Shown piece after piece: positions 31,012-40,668 of a stretch of 64,000 nucleotides of DNA. How positions within the stretch are numbered: position 1 is the stretch's first letter; the number at the start of each line of letters is the position of its first letter. Under the pieces are notes generated by a model. It saw only the letters and a program-made list of their open reading frames with translations, was not told where the DNA came from and ran no database searches. The position numbers and the translations under genes were made by a program. The DNA comes from Nitrospirota bacterium (GTDB taxonomy: Bacteria > Nitrospirota > UBA9217): positions 384,001 through 448,000 of the forward strand of contig CAVVUN010000002.1 in the NCBI GenBank assembly GCA_963751455.1, given 5' to 3'.

Positions 31012-31090
31012 CAAAGCCGCAAAGGCGCAGAGAGAATCAAAAATAACAATGTCTTCTTTCTTTTCTTTGCGGCTTGGCGTCTTTGCGCGA
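31012..31090. repeat. Family B palindrome (CGCAAAG/CTTTGCG units), empty copy
   Basis: CAAAGCCGCAAAGGCGCAGAG ... CTTTGCGGCTTGGCGTCTTTGCGCGA. Confidence 0.75.
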
Positions 31091-31180
31091 AAATTGATTT
31101 TAGGTTTGATTCAAGTATTTGACTCAAATTCCAAGACGTGACGAAGTAAAGGTACTATAAAGTGAAATCGGGGTAGTGAT

Positions 31181-31798
31181 TTGAAATCCAAAATAGATCT
31201 AACCGAACGTCAACAGGAGATTTATGAATATATCCGGTACGAGATCGACACGAATGGCATTCCGCCGACCATGCGCGAGATAGGGCTGCGGTTCCGCATC
31301 AAGTCCACGAACGGCGTGAACAGGCATCTTCTGGCCCTCGAACGAAACGGATTGCTCAGACGCGAGCCGGGAAAATCCCACGGAATCCGGCTGCAGTCCG
31401 AAGAACGGCCGGTCGGGTCCATACCGCTTCTCGGAAGAGTTGCCGCGGGAACCCCGGTGTTGTCGCCTGAGAACCGGGAAGGAGAGATCAAGGTAGATCT
31501 TTCGTTATTCAAGCTCAAATCACCGCAAGGCCTGTTTGCCCTGACAGTTCGGGGAGACAGCATGGTGGATGCTCATATCCTGGAAGGGGACTCGATTCTG
31601 GTGCGGACCCAGACGCACGTGAAGGACGGTGAAATCGTTGTGGCCATGGTTGACGGAGAAACAACGGTAAAACGGATATACCTCGAGAAAGACCGCGTCC
31701 GTCTTCAACCCGAAAACAGGACAATGCAGCCGATTTATGTAGACCGCGGAGAACTACGGGTGCTGGGCAAGGTAGTGGGAGTGTTTCGAAAGGTGTAG
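31181..31798 (+). CDS. lexA: LexA repressor
   Basis: LTERQ..PPTMREI HTH, VAAG cleavage site, GDSM Ser, TVKR Lys; TTG start. Confidence 0.95.
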   Translation: MKSKIDLTERQQEIYEYIRYEIDTNGIPPTMREIGLRFRIKSTNGVNRHLLALERNGLLRREPGKSHGIRLQSEERPVGSIPLLGRVAAGTPVLSPENREGEIKVDLSLFKLKSPQGLFALTVRGDSMVDAHILEGDSILVRTQTHVKDGEIVVAMVDGETTVKRIYLEKDRVRLQPENRTMQPIYVDRGELRVLGKVVGVFRKV

Positions 31799-31855
31799 TA
31801 CTGGGACCCCGCATTCCGGCCCTCTGTCGCAGCCCCGGTCCGCAATTTCAAAACG

Positions 31856-31925
31856 CGCACCCTAAAGGGTGCGGCTACCAATTCATCAATGCATTATAAT
31901 TGGTAGCCGCAGGCTGTAGCCTGCG
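31856..31925. repeat. GTAG-type REP doublet (REPIN-like)
   Basis: CGCACCCTAAAGGGTGCGGCTAC ... GTAGCCGCAGGCTGTAGCCTGCG in inverted orientation. Confidence 0.75.
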
Positions 31926-32044
31926 TAATTAATAGTTTTCTGGTGAACGCTCGCCGCGCATTTATTCGTCTTCACTCGCAGTTTCTTGACTTCACTCATA
32001 TCGCCTGCTAATATCCTTTAAAAGGCAGCCTAAAGGAGAACAGC

Positions 32045-32479
32045 ATGGAATGGACCGAGAAATTGACGGTCGGGATTGATACGATCGACAGCCAGCACAG
32101 GGAATTATTCAAGAGGATCAATAATCTTGTCCAGGCAATAAAAGAGCACCGCTGCAAGAACGAGATAGACGGCACCATCAAGTTCCTCGATGATTACGCG
32201 CGGGTTCATTTTGCCGAGGAAGAAAAGCGAATGCAGGAGACCGCATATCCCGGCCTGGAGGAACAGCGGCGGGAGCACAACAGGTACCTTCAGGCATTGA
32301 ACGAATTGAAGGAGCAGGCGTCTCTACCCCGTATCCAGGGCAGCTCATACGACCTGTCAGCTACGACGAACCAGGTGGTTGTGGACTGGATCGTGGACCA
32401 TATTATTAAAGTGGATATGAAGTTCGGCGAGTATTTAAAAACAGCGGGGAGCAGAGCAGGACGCAGAAAAATCGGATAA
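32045..32479 (+). CDS. Bacteriohemerythrin
   Basis: W...VG..IDSQHREL, HFAEEE..M, EH, W..DHI..VD. Confidence 0.92.
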   Translation: MEWTEKLTVGIDTIDSQHRELFKRINNLVQAIKEHRCKNEIDGTIKFLDDYARVHFAEEEKRMQETAYPGLEEQRREHNRYLQALNELKEQASLPRIQGSSYDLSATTNQVVVDWIVDHIIKVDMKFGEYLKTAGSRAGRRKIG

Positions 32480-32847
32480 ACGCGGATAAACCTGAAAAAA
32501 GCAGTTGGACACGGATAAAATCTGATCAACACGGATTTATAGGAAGTTACGAACAGTAATGGATTCACCCAAAAGGCGAGATGGCTTTTTGCTCTATCAC
32601 ATTGTTTTGATCCGCTGTTTCCGTGTTCATCCGTGTTCAAATGCCGTTTTTAGGATAAATCTGAACAATAGGTGTTTTGACTTTTAGAAAAAGACCGGCC
32701 GTTACTGGATACGCATTTCAACTAAAGAATTTATTCTATCTGCGTTAATCTGCGTTCGCCCCGTTAGAGATTCATCTCAATCGAGACAAATAAATCGGTT
32801 CAAGTAAATATCTTTGCTCTATCTCTAACGGGGTTCATCTGCGGCCC
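32459..32847. repeat. Nested family A palindromes with an internal MITE
   Basis: Outer CGCAGA/TCTGCG arms, inner CACGGAT/ATCCGTG arms (32509-32640), MITE at 32758-32834. Confidence 0.7.
32758..32834. mobile_element. 77-bp MITE
   Basis: Perfect 13-bp TIR CCCCGTTAGAGAT/ATCTCTAACGGGG; TC duplication; splits TGCGTTC|ATCTGCG. Confidence 0.75.
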
Positions 32848-32867
32848 AACAGCCGTTTCCATGTTGC

Positions 32868-34295
32868 TCATTTCCCTTCCAGGCTGCTCATTTCGCCGAC
32901 GCGATGGATCTTCATCATGTTCGTGCTGCCCGCAACTCCGACCGGGACCCCGGCCGTAATCACGATCAAATCGCCCCTTTTTGCCAGGTTCCGGCGCAGC
33001 AATTCCCGCTCCACACTCCCGATCATGTCGTCGGTCGTGCGCTTGGTTTTCAGCAGGATCGGAGTCACCCCCCAGTACAGAGAAACAAGCCTTCCGATCC
33101 GTTCAAAAGGCGTTGCCGCAATGATGCTCTCCGCGGGCCGGTGTTTTGATACCAGCAGCGCCGTAGAGCCCGACTGGGTAAAGGCGATGATTGCCTTTGC
33201 CTTCTGTTCCTCTGCAGCCCGGCATGCGGCATGCGCAACGCTTTCACCTGCGCCGCTTACGTGCGCGTCGGCCGGGACAGGGCGAAGAGAGGTTTCCGCA
33301 TGCAGGGCTATTCTTGCCATGACTGCCACGGACTGGACCGGATATTTGCCCACGGCGGTTTCACCCGAGAGCATGACGCAGTCAGTCCCATCCAGGATCG
33401 CGTTTGCGACATCGGATGCTTCGGCACGGGTGGGCTGCGGGCTCTCGATCATGCTTTCGAGCATCTGCGTTGCGGTGATGACGGGCTTTTCAGACTGGTT
33501 GCACGCCTCGATGATTTTTTTCTGCAGGAGGGGCACCTGCTCAGGCGAGGTTTCAACACCGAGATCTCCTCTCGCCACCATTATCCCGTCGGACGCTTCG
33601 ATGATCTCATGAAGGTTCATCACGGCCTCGGGTTTCTCGATCTTCGCAATGATCGGTATGTCCCGGCGGAGTGAGCGAATAAAGCGCCTGCTGCGAAGAA
33701 TATCCTCGGCCGAGCGGACGAATGAGAGCGCAATGTAATCCACGCCCTGGGCAACGCCAAAGATGAGGTCTTCCTTGTCCTTCTGCGAAAGAGACGGGAG
33801 TGAAAGATGAGTGCCGGGGAGGTTGATGCCTTTATGGCTCCGAAGAACTCCGCCGCAGACTATTTTACAGACCACGTCCGCATTTTTCTTTTTTGTTACC
33901 TTCAGCTCGAGCCTTCCGTCGTCGAGCAGGACATGGTCGCCTACTCTCAAGTCCCTGGTGAGGCGGGTATAAACGACGCTTATGGCCTCGCTGGTTCCGA
34001 CGATCTTCCGGGGGGTTAGCAGAATCTCGCTGCCCCGTCTCAGTTTGACGCCGCCGTCCTTCATCGCACCAACCCGGAGCTTCGGGCCCTGGAGGTCCTG
34101 GATAATGGCGATGTGTTTCCCGGCCTTCACGGCTTCGCTCCTGATCAGCCGGATCCGCAGCTTGTGGTCCTTACGGTCGCCGTGTGAGAAGTTCAATCTG
34201 GCGGCGTCCATGCCGGCCCGGATCAGTTTTGAAATCATCGCCGGTGAACTTGATGCAGGTCCAATCGTTGCGATTATTTTAGTGCGTTTATTCAT
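32868..34295 (-). CDS. pyk: Pyruvate kinase
   Basis: TKIIATIGPAS, RLNFSHG, AKIEK, MVARGDLG, MLSGETA. Confidence 0.98.
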   Translation of the reverse strand: MNKRTKIIATIGPASSSPAMISKLIRAGMDAARLNFSHGDRKDHKLRIRLIRSEAVKAGKHIAIIQDLQGPKLRVGAMKDGGVKLRRGSEILLTPRKIVGTSEAISVVYTRLTRDLRVGDHVLLDDGRLELKVTKKKNADVVCKIVCGGVLRSHKGINLPGTHLSLPSLSQKDKEDLIFGVAQGVDYIALSFVRSAEDILRSRRFIRSLRRDIPIIAKIEKPEAVMNLHEIIEASDGIMVARGDLGVETSPEQVPLLQKKIIEACNQSEKPVITATQMLESMIESPQPTRAEASDVANAILDGTDCVMLSGETAVGKYPVQSVAVMARIALHAETSLRPVPADAHVSGAGESVAHAACRAAEEQKAKAIIAFTQSGSTALLVSKHRPAESIIAATPFERIGRLVSLYWGVTPILLKTKRTTDDMIGSVERELLRRNLAKRGDLIVITAGVPVGVAGSTNMMKIHRVGEMSSLEGK

Positions 34296-34407
34296 AGTCG
34301 GGATTATACCTGATTAACGCTGAAAAGTTGAGGAAAAATAAACTAAAGTTATTTAATCAGGGGATGAATTGAAGATTAGAAATATAAAAGCTATAGAAGT
34401 GACTTAG

Positions 34408-34582
34408 CCACGGATGAACACAGCCTGCATTCGCGCTTCGCAAAGACTTAGACCCTTTGTCGACCATCAAGACGGGAATCAAGGGCCTCATAATTGCTGG
34501 CCGCAGGCAGATAGGCACGGATTTTAAGAAGTCTTAAAATGTCTCTTCTTTTATCAGTGTTCATCCGTGTCCATCCGTGGTT
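34408..34582. repeat. Family A-related palindrome (CACGGAT/ATCCGTG) with an internal GCCTGC...GCAGGC insert
   Basis: GCCACGGATGAACAC ... GTGTTCATCCGTGTCCATCCGTGG. Confidence 0.7.
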
Positions 34583-34601
34583 ATAAGTCAGATCCGGTTT
34601 T

Positions 34602-35726
34602 TCACGGTTCGATCCTGATCAGTTCGTATTTCCTCGTCCCAAGACCCAGCCTCTCCGCCTCGTCGATCTGGAGCTGCATGGGCCGGGGATTCAGGCGGGA
34701 CATGACGTCCTCACCCGACTTTACGCCTGTTTCATCTGCCGCGGACTGGGGAAGGGGAGGGGCCGCCTTGAGCATGTCGAGGGTGGCCTGCTCTATGGCG
34801 ACGATATCGTCCGAGATCATTATGCCCTGGTCCTGGATCACAGGAACATCCGCGACCGGCATGCAGTCGCATTCCGGCTGGACCTGGTAGAGGAAGTTGA
34901 TGTACACCACTTTTCCCTTTTGAAATGTCGACAGCACAGCTGCAGCAGCCTCCGCTATGCTCTTCTGGAACGTGTTGTCGTCCTGCGGCATGATGAGGGC
35001 GCCTTCCTGGCAGACCCGGCTGCAGCGCCCGCAGTGCCAGCACGAACTCTGGTCAACCACGAACACGCCGTCTTTAAAATCGATCGCGTGAAGCGGACAG
35101 ATGTTTTTACATTGTTCGCAGAAGGTGCAGATTTCCGGGTTCCATTGGAGGGAGAGCTCGCCGTGGCAATGCATGCCGCCCCGTCCTTTTTTCCATCCCT
35201 GATGACGGTGTCGCGAGCTGACGCAGCCCATGGCAAGGTTCTTGAGCGCTCCGGCGTAACCTGCGTTGATATGGCCCTTCGTATGGGTGCAGACGACCAT
35301 GGCTGGAACGTCATGGATAACCGACGCGACGGCGATTTCTCCCAGAATCGGGCCGGCCTTGACCAGGATGCTGTCTTTGCCGTAGAGGCCGTCAGCAAGC
35401 ACAACCGGCGCTCCGCAGGAGAGGTGGTTCAAACCGTTCTGATTCGCGACTTCAAGGTAGTCCAGGCCCATGATCCTTACGGTATCGGTCACGAAGGGCT
35501 GTGCGCCTGTCGTCTTGATTGCTTCCACCACTTTGCGAAGCATTATTGGCGGTATTATCCTGAATGCGCCCTGCGAGCCCCAATGGGTTTTGACAGCGAC
35601 CCACTCGTCTTCCACGAAGCGATCCGTGAAGTTGATCTTTTCCAGGAGCGTTTCAAGCTTTCCGGGAACACTGTGCGTGTAATCCCATCGTAAAGTGCGG
35701 GCTGAAGAGAAAAAGACATCGGACAT
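34602..35726 (-). CDS. DUF362 domain protein with 2x[4Fe-4S] ferredoxin insert
   Basis: VAVKTHWG, HTKGH..AGYAGALKNLAMG, CxxCxxCxxxC twice, ECDC. Confidence 0.9.
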   Translation of the reverse strand: MSDVFFSSARTLRWDYTHSVPGKLETLLEKINFTDRFVEDEWVAVKTHWGSQGAFRIIPPIMLRKVVEAIKTTGAQPFVTDTVRIMGLDYLEVANQNGLNHLSCGAPVVLADGLYGKDSILVKAGPILGEIAVASVIHDVPAMVVCTHTKGHINAGYAGALKNLAMGCVSSRHRHQGWKKGRGGMHCHGELSLQWNPEICTFCEQCKNICPLHAIDFKDGVFVVDQSSCWHCGRCSRVCQEGALIMPQDDNTFQKSIAEAAAAVLSTFQKGKVVYINFLYQVQPECDCMPVADVPVIQDQGIMISDDIVAIEQATLDMLKAAPPLPQSAADETGVKSGEDVMSRLNPRPMQLQIDEAERLGLGTRKYELIRIEP

Positions 35727-35740
35727 CGGGTTCCTCGCTT

Positions 35741-36037
35741 TTAAAAGGCGCCGGGACGAAAGAAAAGAGTAATTTCAAAAGCAACAGTATTTGCAAAGAT
35801 CCCGATGACGGCCAGCAGAAGCGCCCATCGGGTTAGTGGAGACGTGTCCAAAGTCTGGAGGTCCGATCTTGCCAGAACGACCACGGACAAGGCAAACCCG
35901 AATGCATTGGAGGCGAGGAAGGAAGCAGAGAAGGCTCTCCCCGAGACGTTTACCGGGTCCAGAAACAAAAGCGAGGAATAAACCAAAAGCGGTATTCCAA
36001 GAGAGAAAATTCCGTATGCCACATCGATTTTTTTCAT
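35741..36037 (-). CDS. Small membrane protein
   Basis: Three hydrophobic segments; packed between rsmI and the DUF362 gene. Confidence 0.6.
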   Translation of the reverse strand: MKKIDVAYGIFSLGIPLLVYSSLLFLDPVNVSGRAFSASFLASNAFGFALSVVVLARSDLQTLDTSPLTRWALLLAVIGIFANTVAFEITLFFRPGAF

Positions 36038-36039
36038 GG

Positions 36040-36879
36040 CTATTCAGCTTTACCTAGTTTCAAGCTCTCCTTGTACACTTCTTTTTTCGGCAGGCCTAAC
36101 TCTTCTGCGGCTACTGAAACAGCCTCTTTCCTGCTTAAGCCGCGGTGAATCATAAGGTTCTTGAGATACCCTGCTGCATCGACATCCTGCTTTTTGGGTT
36201 CCTGAGATGCGCCATGGACGACAATCGTGAACTCGCCCTTAAGGGAACCTTGGTTCAGCTTTATCAGGATTCCCGAAAGTGTTCCCCGTAATGTTTCTTC
36301 GTGGATTTTTGTCAACTCACGGGTCACGACGGCTCTACGATCACCAAAAACTGCGAGCACGTCTTCGACCGTTTTCAGGATCTTGTGCGGGGCTTCGTAA
36401 AAGATGATTGTTCGCCGTTCATTCTCAAGCTCCCTGAGCCGTTTAAGGCGTGCGCCCTGCTTGGCGGGGAGAAATCCTTCGAAAACGAAACTGTCGGTGG
36501 GCAGCCCGGAAATAGAAAGTGCGGTTATTGCCGCCGTTGCCCCCGGTATCGGGACCACCGGCACGTCCTGAGCCAGAGCGAGATTTATAAGGAAATAACC
36601 GGGGTCCGAGATGCCTGGCGTTCCGGCATCGGACACGAGGGCGATGTTCTTTCCCTCGAGCAGGCGGGCGATAAGGACCGGGCCCTTTTCTTCCTTGTTA
36701 TGATCATGATAGCTGGTGAGCGGTCTGTCGATGCTGTACCGGTCGAGCAGGTGCTTCGTATGGCGTGTGTCCTCGGCCGCGATCAGGTCCACTTCCTTGA
36801 GCACCCTGATTGCCCGAAGGGTGATGTCCTCTAGGTTTCCGATGGGGGTGGCTACTATGTAGAGGGTGCCGGTAGACAT
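36040..36879 (-). CDS. rsmI: 16S rRNA C1402 2'-O-methyltransferase
   Basis: LYIVATPIGNLEDIT, AAEDTR, SDAGTPGISDPG, RELTKIHE. Confidence 0.97.
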   Translation of the reverse strand: MSTGTLYIVATPIGNLEDITLRAIRVLKEVDLIAAEDTRHTKHLLDRYSIDRPLTSYHDHNKEEKGPVLIARLLEGKNIALVSDAGTPGISDPGYFLINLALAQDVPVVPIPGATAAITALSISGLPTDSFVFEGFLPAKQGARLKRLRELENERRTIIFYEAPHKILKTVEDVLAVFGDRRAVVTRELTKIHEETLRGTLSGILIKLNQGSLKGEFTIVVHGASQEPKKQDVDAAGYLKNLMIHRGLSRKEAVSVAAEELGLPKKEVYKESLKLGKAE

Positions 36880-36918
36880 GATTGATTGTTCTCGCAAAGA
36901 AACAAATTAAAAAAATTG

Positions 36919-37058
36919 TCTCTCGCAAAGGCGCAAAGAGCGCTAAGAAAACAGTCCAGAAAAGAAAGGATTTAGAGCTTGTCTTAAAATAGACATTAAG
37001 TCTTTCTTTGCGACCTTTGCTCGACTCGACTGAGCTCGTCGAAGTCCTTTGCGAGAGA
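36919..37058. repeat. Family B palindrome, empty copy with a 26-bp REP-like insert in the right arm
   Basis: TCTCTCGCAAAGGCGCAAAG ... CTTTGCGACCTTTGC[37021-37046]CTTTGCGAGAGA. Confidence 0.8.
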
Positions 37059-37100
37059 TGCGGTTTGCTTTTGTTTTTAATGCTCTCTTAAGAAACTGTA

Positions 37101-38825
37101 TTAATAGCTCTTATACCTGTTCGTTATCGGGAAGCGGCGGTCTTTGCCGAGACCTCGCGGGCTGATTTTTACGCCGGGTGGGGCCTGCCTGCGCTTGTAC
37201 TCGCTGTAATCCACGAGACGAATGACCCGCTCCACGGTCTTCCGGTCGAAGCCCAGCTTAAGAATCTCGTCGAATTCAAGATCATCCTCGACATAGGCCT
37301 TGAGAATAGGATCGAGGATATCGTATAGGGGAAGGGAATCGCTGTCCTTCTGATTCGGCCTGAGCTCGGCAGTAGGCGCCTTGATCAGGACCCGTCTCGG
37401 AATCACGGTCCTTCCGGCAAGACGATTGATGCATTTGCAGACGTCATAGACCATGGTTTTGGGCACGTCCTTGATTACCGCAAAACCACCCGCCATGTCC
37501 CCGTACAAGGTTGCATAACCCGTGGACATTTCGCTTTTGTTGCCGGTCGTCAGAACCAGCCACCCGAACTTGTTCGAAAGCGCCATGATGATGATGCCCC
37601 TGATCCTTGACTGCAGGTTCTCCTCGGTCACGTCCTGTTTTGTGCGGGCAAAAACACCGCGAAGCGTATTCAAAAAAGCGTTGAACGGCTGGTGAATCGG
37701 TATCGTGAGCATCTCAATGCTGAGACTGCGCGCGAGATCCGCAGCATCCTCACGGCTTTCGCGGGAACTGAACTGCGACGGCATGAAGACTCCGCGCACA
37801 TGCTCTTTGCCTATGGCAGCAACGGCCACGGCCGCAACCAGTGACGAGTCAACTCCGCCCGAGAGGCCGATTACCACATCCTTGAACCCTGTTTTATTCA
37901 GGTAATCCCGGGTCCCGAGAACGAGTGCGTGGTACACCTCTTCAATAATGGGATACGGCTTCAGAATGCGCGCGGCAGGCAGCCTTTTTTTCTGAATACG
38001 CGGCCGGTTCCGGATGGTAAATGTTTCTATAAAACCCCTGTTTTCAAGCGGAACCGAACCGGAAAAAGCGTCCACCTCTTGCCGTTCAGGGCCCGTGAGC
38101 TTTATATCATGCGTGATCAGGTCTTCCTCGAATTGTTTTCCGGTTGCAAGCAGTTTTCCCCTGGGATCGAGGATCATGCTGTGTCCGTCGAAGACGAGTT
38201 CGTCCTGTCCTCCAACCGTGTTTGCATACACGATAAAGACCTTGTTATCCTTGGCGCGCAAGGCAAGCATCCGCTCCCGCTCCTTGCCTTTGCCTTTATG
38301 ATACGGAGATGCATTGATGGTTATGATTATCTCGGCCCCGGCCTGTGCCTGGGTCCGGGCCGGCCCGTCCGCGTACCAGATGTCCTCGCATACGTTAACG
38401 CCGATATTTATGCCGTTGATCGTGATTACCGGGAAGTGCCTGCCCGGCTTGAAATACCGGTATTCGTCGAACACTCCGTAATTGGGCAGAAGCATTTTGT
38501 GATAAACATGAACAACTTTCCCATTATGAAGGATCGCAGCCGCATCGTAGATATATTCGTTCGAGTCCACATATCCGACGATAGCGGTGATGCCTTTCGC
38601 GGCTTTTGTGATCTCTCTGAGCGTCCGCAGGTTGTCCTTCACGAATTGCGGCTTCAAAATGAGGTCTTCGGGAGGATACCCCGTTACGGCCAGCTCGGTG
38701 AAGACCACCATATCGCTCCCGAGCTTCCGGGCGCGCTGCATGTAGTCTATGATCTTGTCCTTGTTGCCCTTAAGGTCACCGACCGTAAGGTTTATCTGTG
38801 CCATGGAAATACGGATCGTTCTCAT
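37101..38825 (-). CDS. nadE: Glutamine-dependent NAD+ synthetase
   Basis: Nitrilase domain (E, K, CEDIW) + SGGVDS, ENLQSRIRG, TGNKSE. Confidence 0.97.
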   Translation of the reverse strand: MRTIRISMAQINLTVGDLKGNKDKIIDYMQRARKLGSDMVVFTELAVTGYPPEDLILKPQFVKDNLRTLREITKAAKGITAIVGYVDSNEYIYDAAAILHNGKVVHVYHKMLLPNYGVFDEYRYFKPGRHFPVITINGINIGVNVCEDIWYADGPARTQAQAGAEIIITINASPYHKGKGKERERMLALRAKDNKVFIVYANTVGGQDELVFDGHSMILDPRGKLLATGKQFEEDLITHDIKLTGPERQEVDAFSGSVPLENRGFIETFTIRNRPRIQKKRLPAARILKPYPIIEEVYHALVLGTRDYLNKTGFKDVVIGLSGGVDSSLVAAVAVAAIGKEHVRGVFMPSQFSSRESREDAADLARSLSIEMLTIPIHQPFNAFLNTLRGVFARTKQDVTEENLQSRIRGIIIMALSNKFGWLVLTTGNKSEMSTGYATLYGDMAGGFAVIKDVPKTMVYDVCKCINRLAGRTVIPRRVLIKAPTAELRPNQKDSDSLPLYDILDPILKAYVEDDLEFDEILKLGFDRKTVERVIRLVDYSEYKRRQAPPGVKISPRGLGKDRRFPITNRYKSY

Positions 38826-38930
38826 GAAATTCTCACTAAGAAATTATCAATATAAATAACAAACGCCAAAACAGGTTTCTCGCAAAGGGCGCAAAGGACA
38901 GCATAAGTCATCTCATGATATTGAGGTCAA

Positions 38931-39308
38931 TTACAACCCATTTGCTATACGAGTTATTCCATTTTTCATTAATTCAACATTAAAATTAACGAGCAGGCCC
39001 AGTTTCATTTTTGTCAATTTCTGATAGGTCAATAGCTGTTTCTTATGAACAGGCATCACATTTTCTACGGATTTTATTTCAACGATGACCTTGTTATCTA
39101 CAATAACATCTGGTCTGAAGCCTAAATCCATTTTAATTTCTTCATAGATAACCGGTATGTCGACTTGGCAGCTAACAATGACACCCAGCTTTTTAAGTTC
39201 ATATACAAGGGCCGCTTCATAGACGGATTCTAGTAGACCTGGACCGAGATTTTTATGGATTTTTACGCAAAGATCAACGACAATTTTTGACAACTCGTTT
39301 TCAGTCAT
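38931..39308 (-). CDS. GxxExxY protein (PD-(D/E)XK nuclease family) enclosed by family B inverted repeats
   Basis: GPGLLESVYE, RPD...IVEIKS, QLLTY, GLLVNF; AT-rich; perfect 18-bp IR 38881-38898/39317-39334. Confidence 0.93.
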   Translation of the reverse strand: MTENELSKIVVDLCVKIHKNLGPGLLESVYEAALVYELKKLGVIVSCQVDIPVIYEEIKMDLGFRPDVIVDNKVIVEIKSVENVMPVHKKQLLTYQKLTKMKLGLLVNFNVELMKNGITRIANGL

Positions 39309-39309
39309 T

Positions 39310-40503
39310 TCAGACTTCCTTTGCGCCCTTTGCGTCTTTGCGAGAAAAATGGCTTTTCGCTTCCTCTATCACCTGCTTCAGAGCGATCTGCTTCTCTTCC
39401 GCTATCTTTCTGCAGTCCTCAAACTCCGGAGTGGCAGTCAGGATCTCCTCCCCGCGCCTGCTGATCTTGATCCTGACTTTGCCGTACCTGGTTTCTATTT
39501 CCCGTGTATCGCGCTCAAGTTTGAGCCTTCCCACTTCACTGACCCGGAGGCCGATGCTCGTTGTTTCCCGGAAAATGGTGTTTGCAAGCATACTCTTTTT
39601 ATCTTTATCACAGAGGACCGACAGCAATATCGCCGGTCTTCCCTTCTTCATGATGATCGGCGCAAGATACACATCGTGGGCGCCCTGCTTCATGAGCTTC
39701 TCTATAACATAATCATAAAGCTGCGGGTTCATGTCGTCAATGTTCGTTTCGATTATTATGGACTGGTCCTCTTCATATGATTCAAGCGGCTCTCCAAGGA
39801 TCACTCTCAAAACATTCGGTTGGCCGGAAATATCCTTGCCGCCTGCGCCATATGCCGCGCGGTTTGTTCGCATTGCAGGAACGGGCCCGAAGGAAGAGGC
39901 AAGCGTGCTCAAAATGGCTGCTCCTGTCGGCGTCGTCAACTCGAACGGAATTGTGGACCCGTAGGAGGGCGCGGCCTTCAGCAGTTCTATAGTTGCAGGG
40001 GCGGGGACAGGAAGCATGCCATGCGCTGTCGTGACGGTTCCGGAACCCAGGTTCACCGGCGATCCGACTATCTTTGTTACACCGAGCAGGTCGAGTCCGA
40101 TTACTGAACCGACTATATCGACAATCGCGTCGACCGCTCCCACTTCATGAAAATGGACCTTGTCCGGCGTTGTCCCATGAACATGCGCTTCAGCCTTCGC
40201 CAGCCGTTCGAAGATGGCGATGCTCTGCTGTTTTATCGAGGCCGAAAGCCGCGATTTTTCGATAATCGTGCGGACGACCGAAAGGTGGCGTGCAGGCTGC
40301 TCCTTCGTGTCGATATTTACGTTTACCTTGGTAGCTGCTATACCAGAGCGGCTGACTTTTTCAGCCGTGATCTTGTATCCGGCAAGGTTCAGCCTGGCAA
40401 GCTCCGAGCGCAATGCGTCGATATTCACGCCCGCATCCACGAGTGCTCCCAGGGTCATATCGCCGGATATACCGGAAAAACAGTCGAAGTAGGCTAGAGT
40501 CAT
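39310..40503 (-). CDS. larC: Nickel pincer cofactor biosynthesis protein LarC
   Basis: DCFSGISGDM, HFHEVGAVD, ELTTPTG, ETNIDD, MKKGRP. Confidence 0.95.
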   Translation of the reverse strand: MTLAYFDCFSGISGDMTLGALVDAGVNIDALRSELARLNLAGYKITAEKVSRSGIAATKVNVNIDTKEQPARHLSVVRTIIEKSRLSASIKQQSIAIFERLAKAEAHVHGTTPDKVHFHEVGAVDAIVDIVGSVIGLDLLGVTKIVGSPVNLGSGTVTTAHGMLPVPAPATIELLKAAPSYGSTIPFELTTPTGAAILSTLASSFGPVPAMRTNRAAYGAGGKDISGQPNVLRVILGEPLESYEEDQSIIIETNIDDMNPQLYDYVIEKLMKQGAHDVYLAPIIMKKGRPAILLSVLCDKDKKSMLANTIFRETTSIGLRVSEVGRLKLERDTREIETRYGKVRIKISRRGEEILTATPEFEDCRKIAEEKQIALKQVIEEAKSHFSRKDAKGAKEV

Positions 40504-40668
40504 AGCGAATTATGCCGTCATTGCGAGCCAGAGGCGAAGCAATCTCGTTTTTGTCGTTGTAGCAATCTTAATAAAAGTTCCTGAAAAGCAAGTCATTGCG
40601 TGACGCGGTTTTTTGCGACGCGGCAATCACGTTTTGTTCGCAAATCCCGGCAGTTTTTGAATTTCCTA

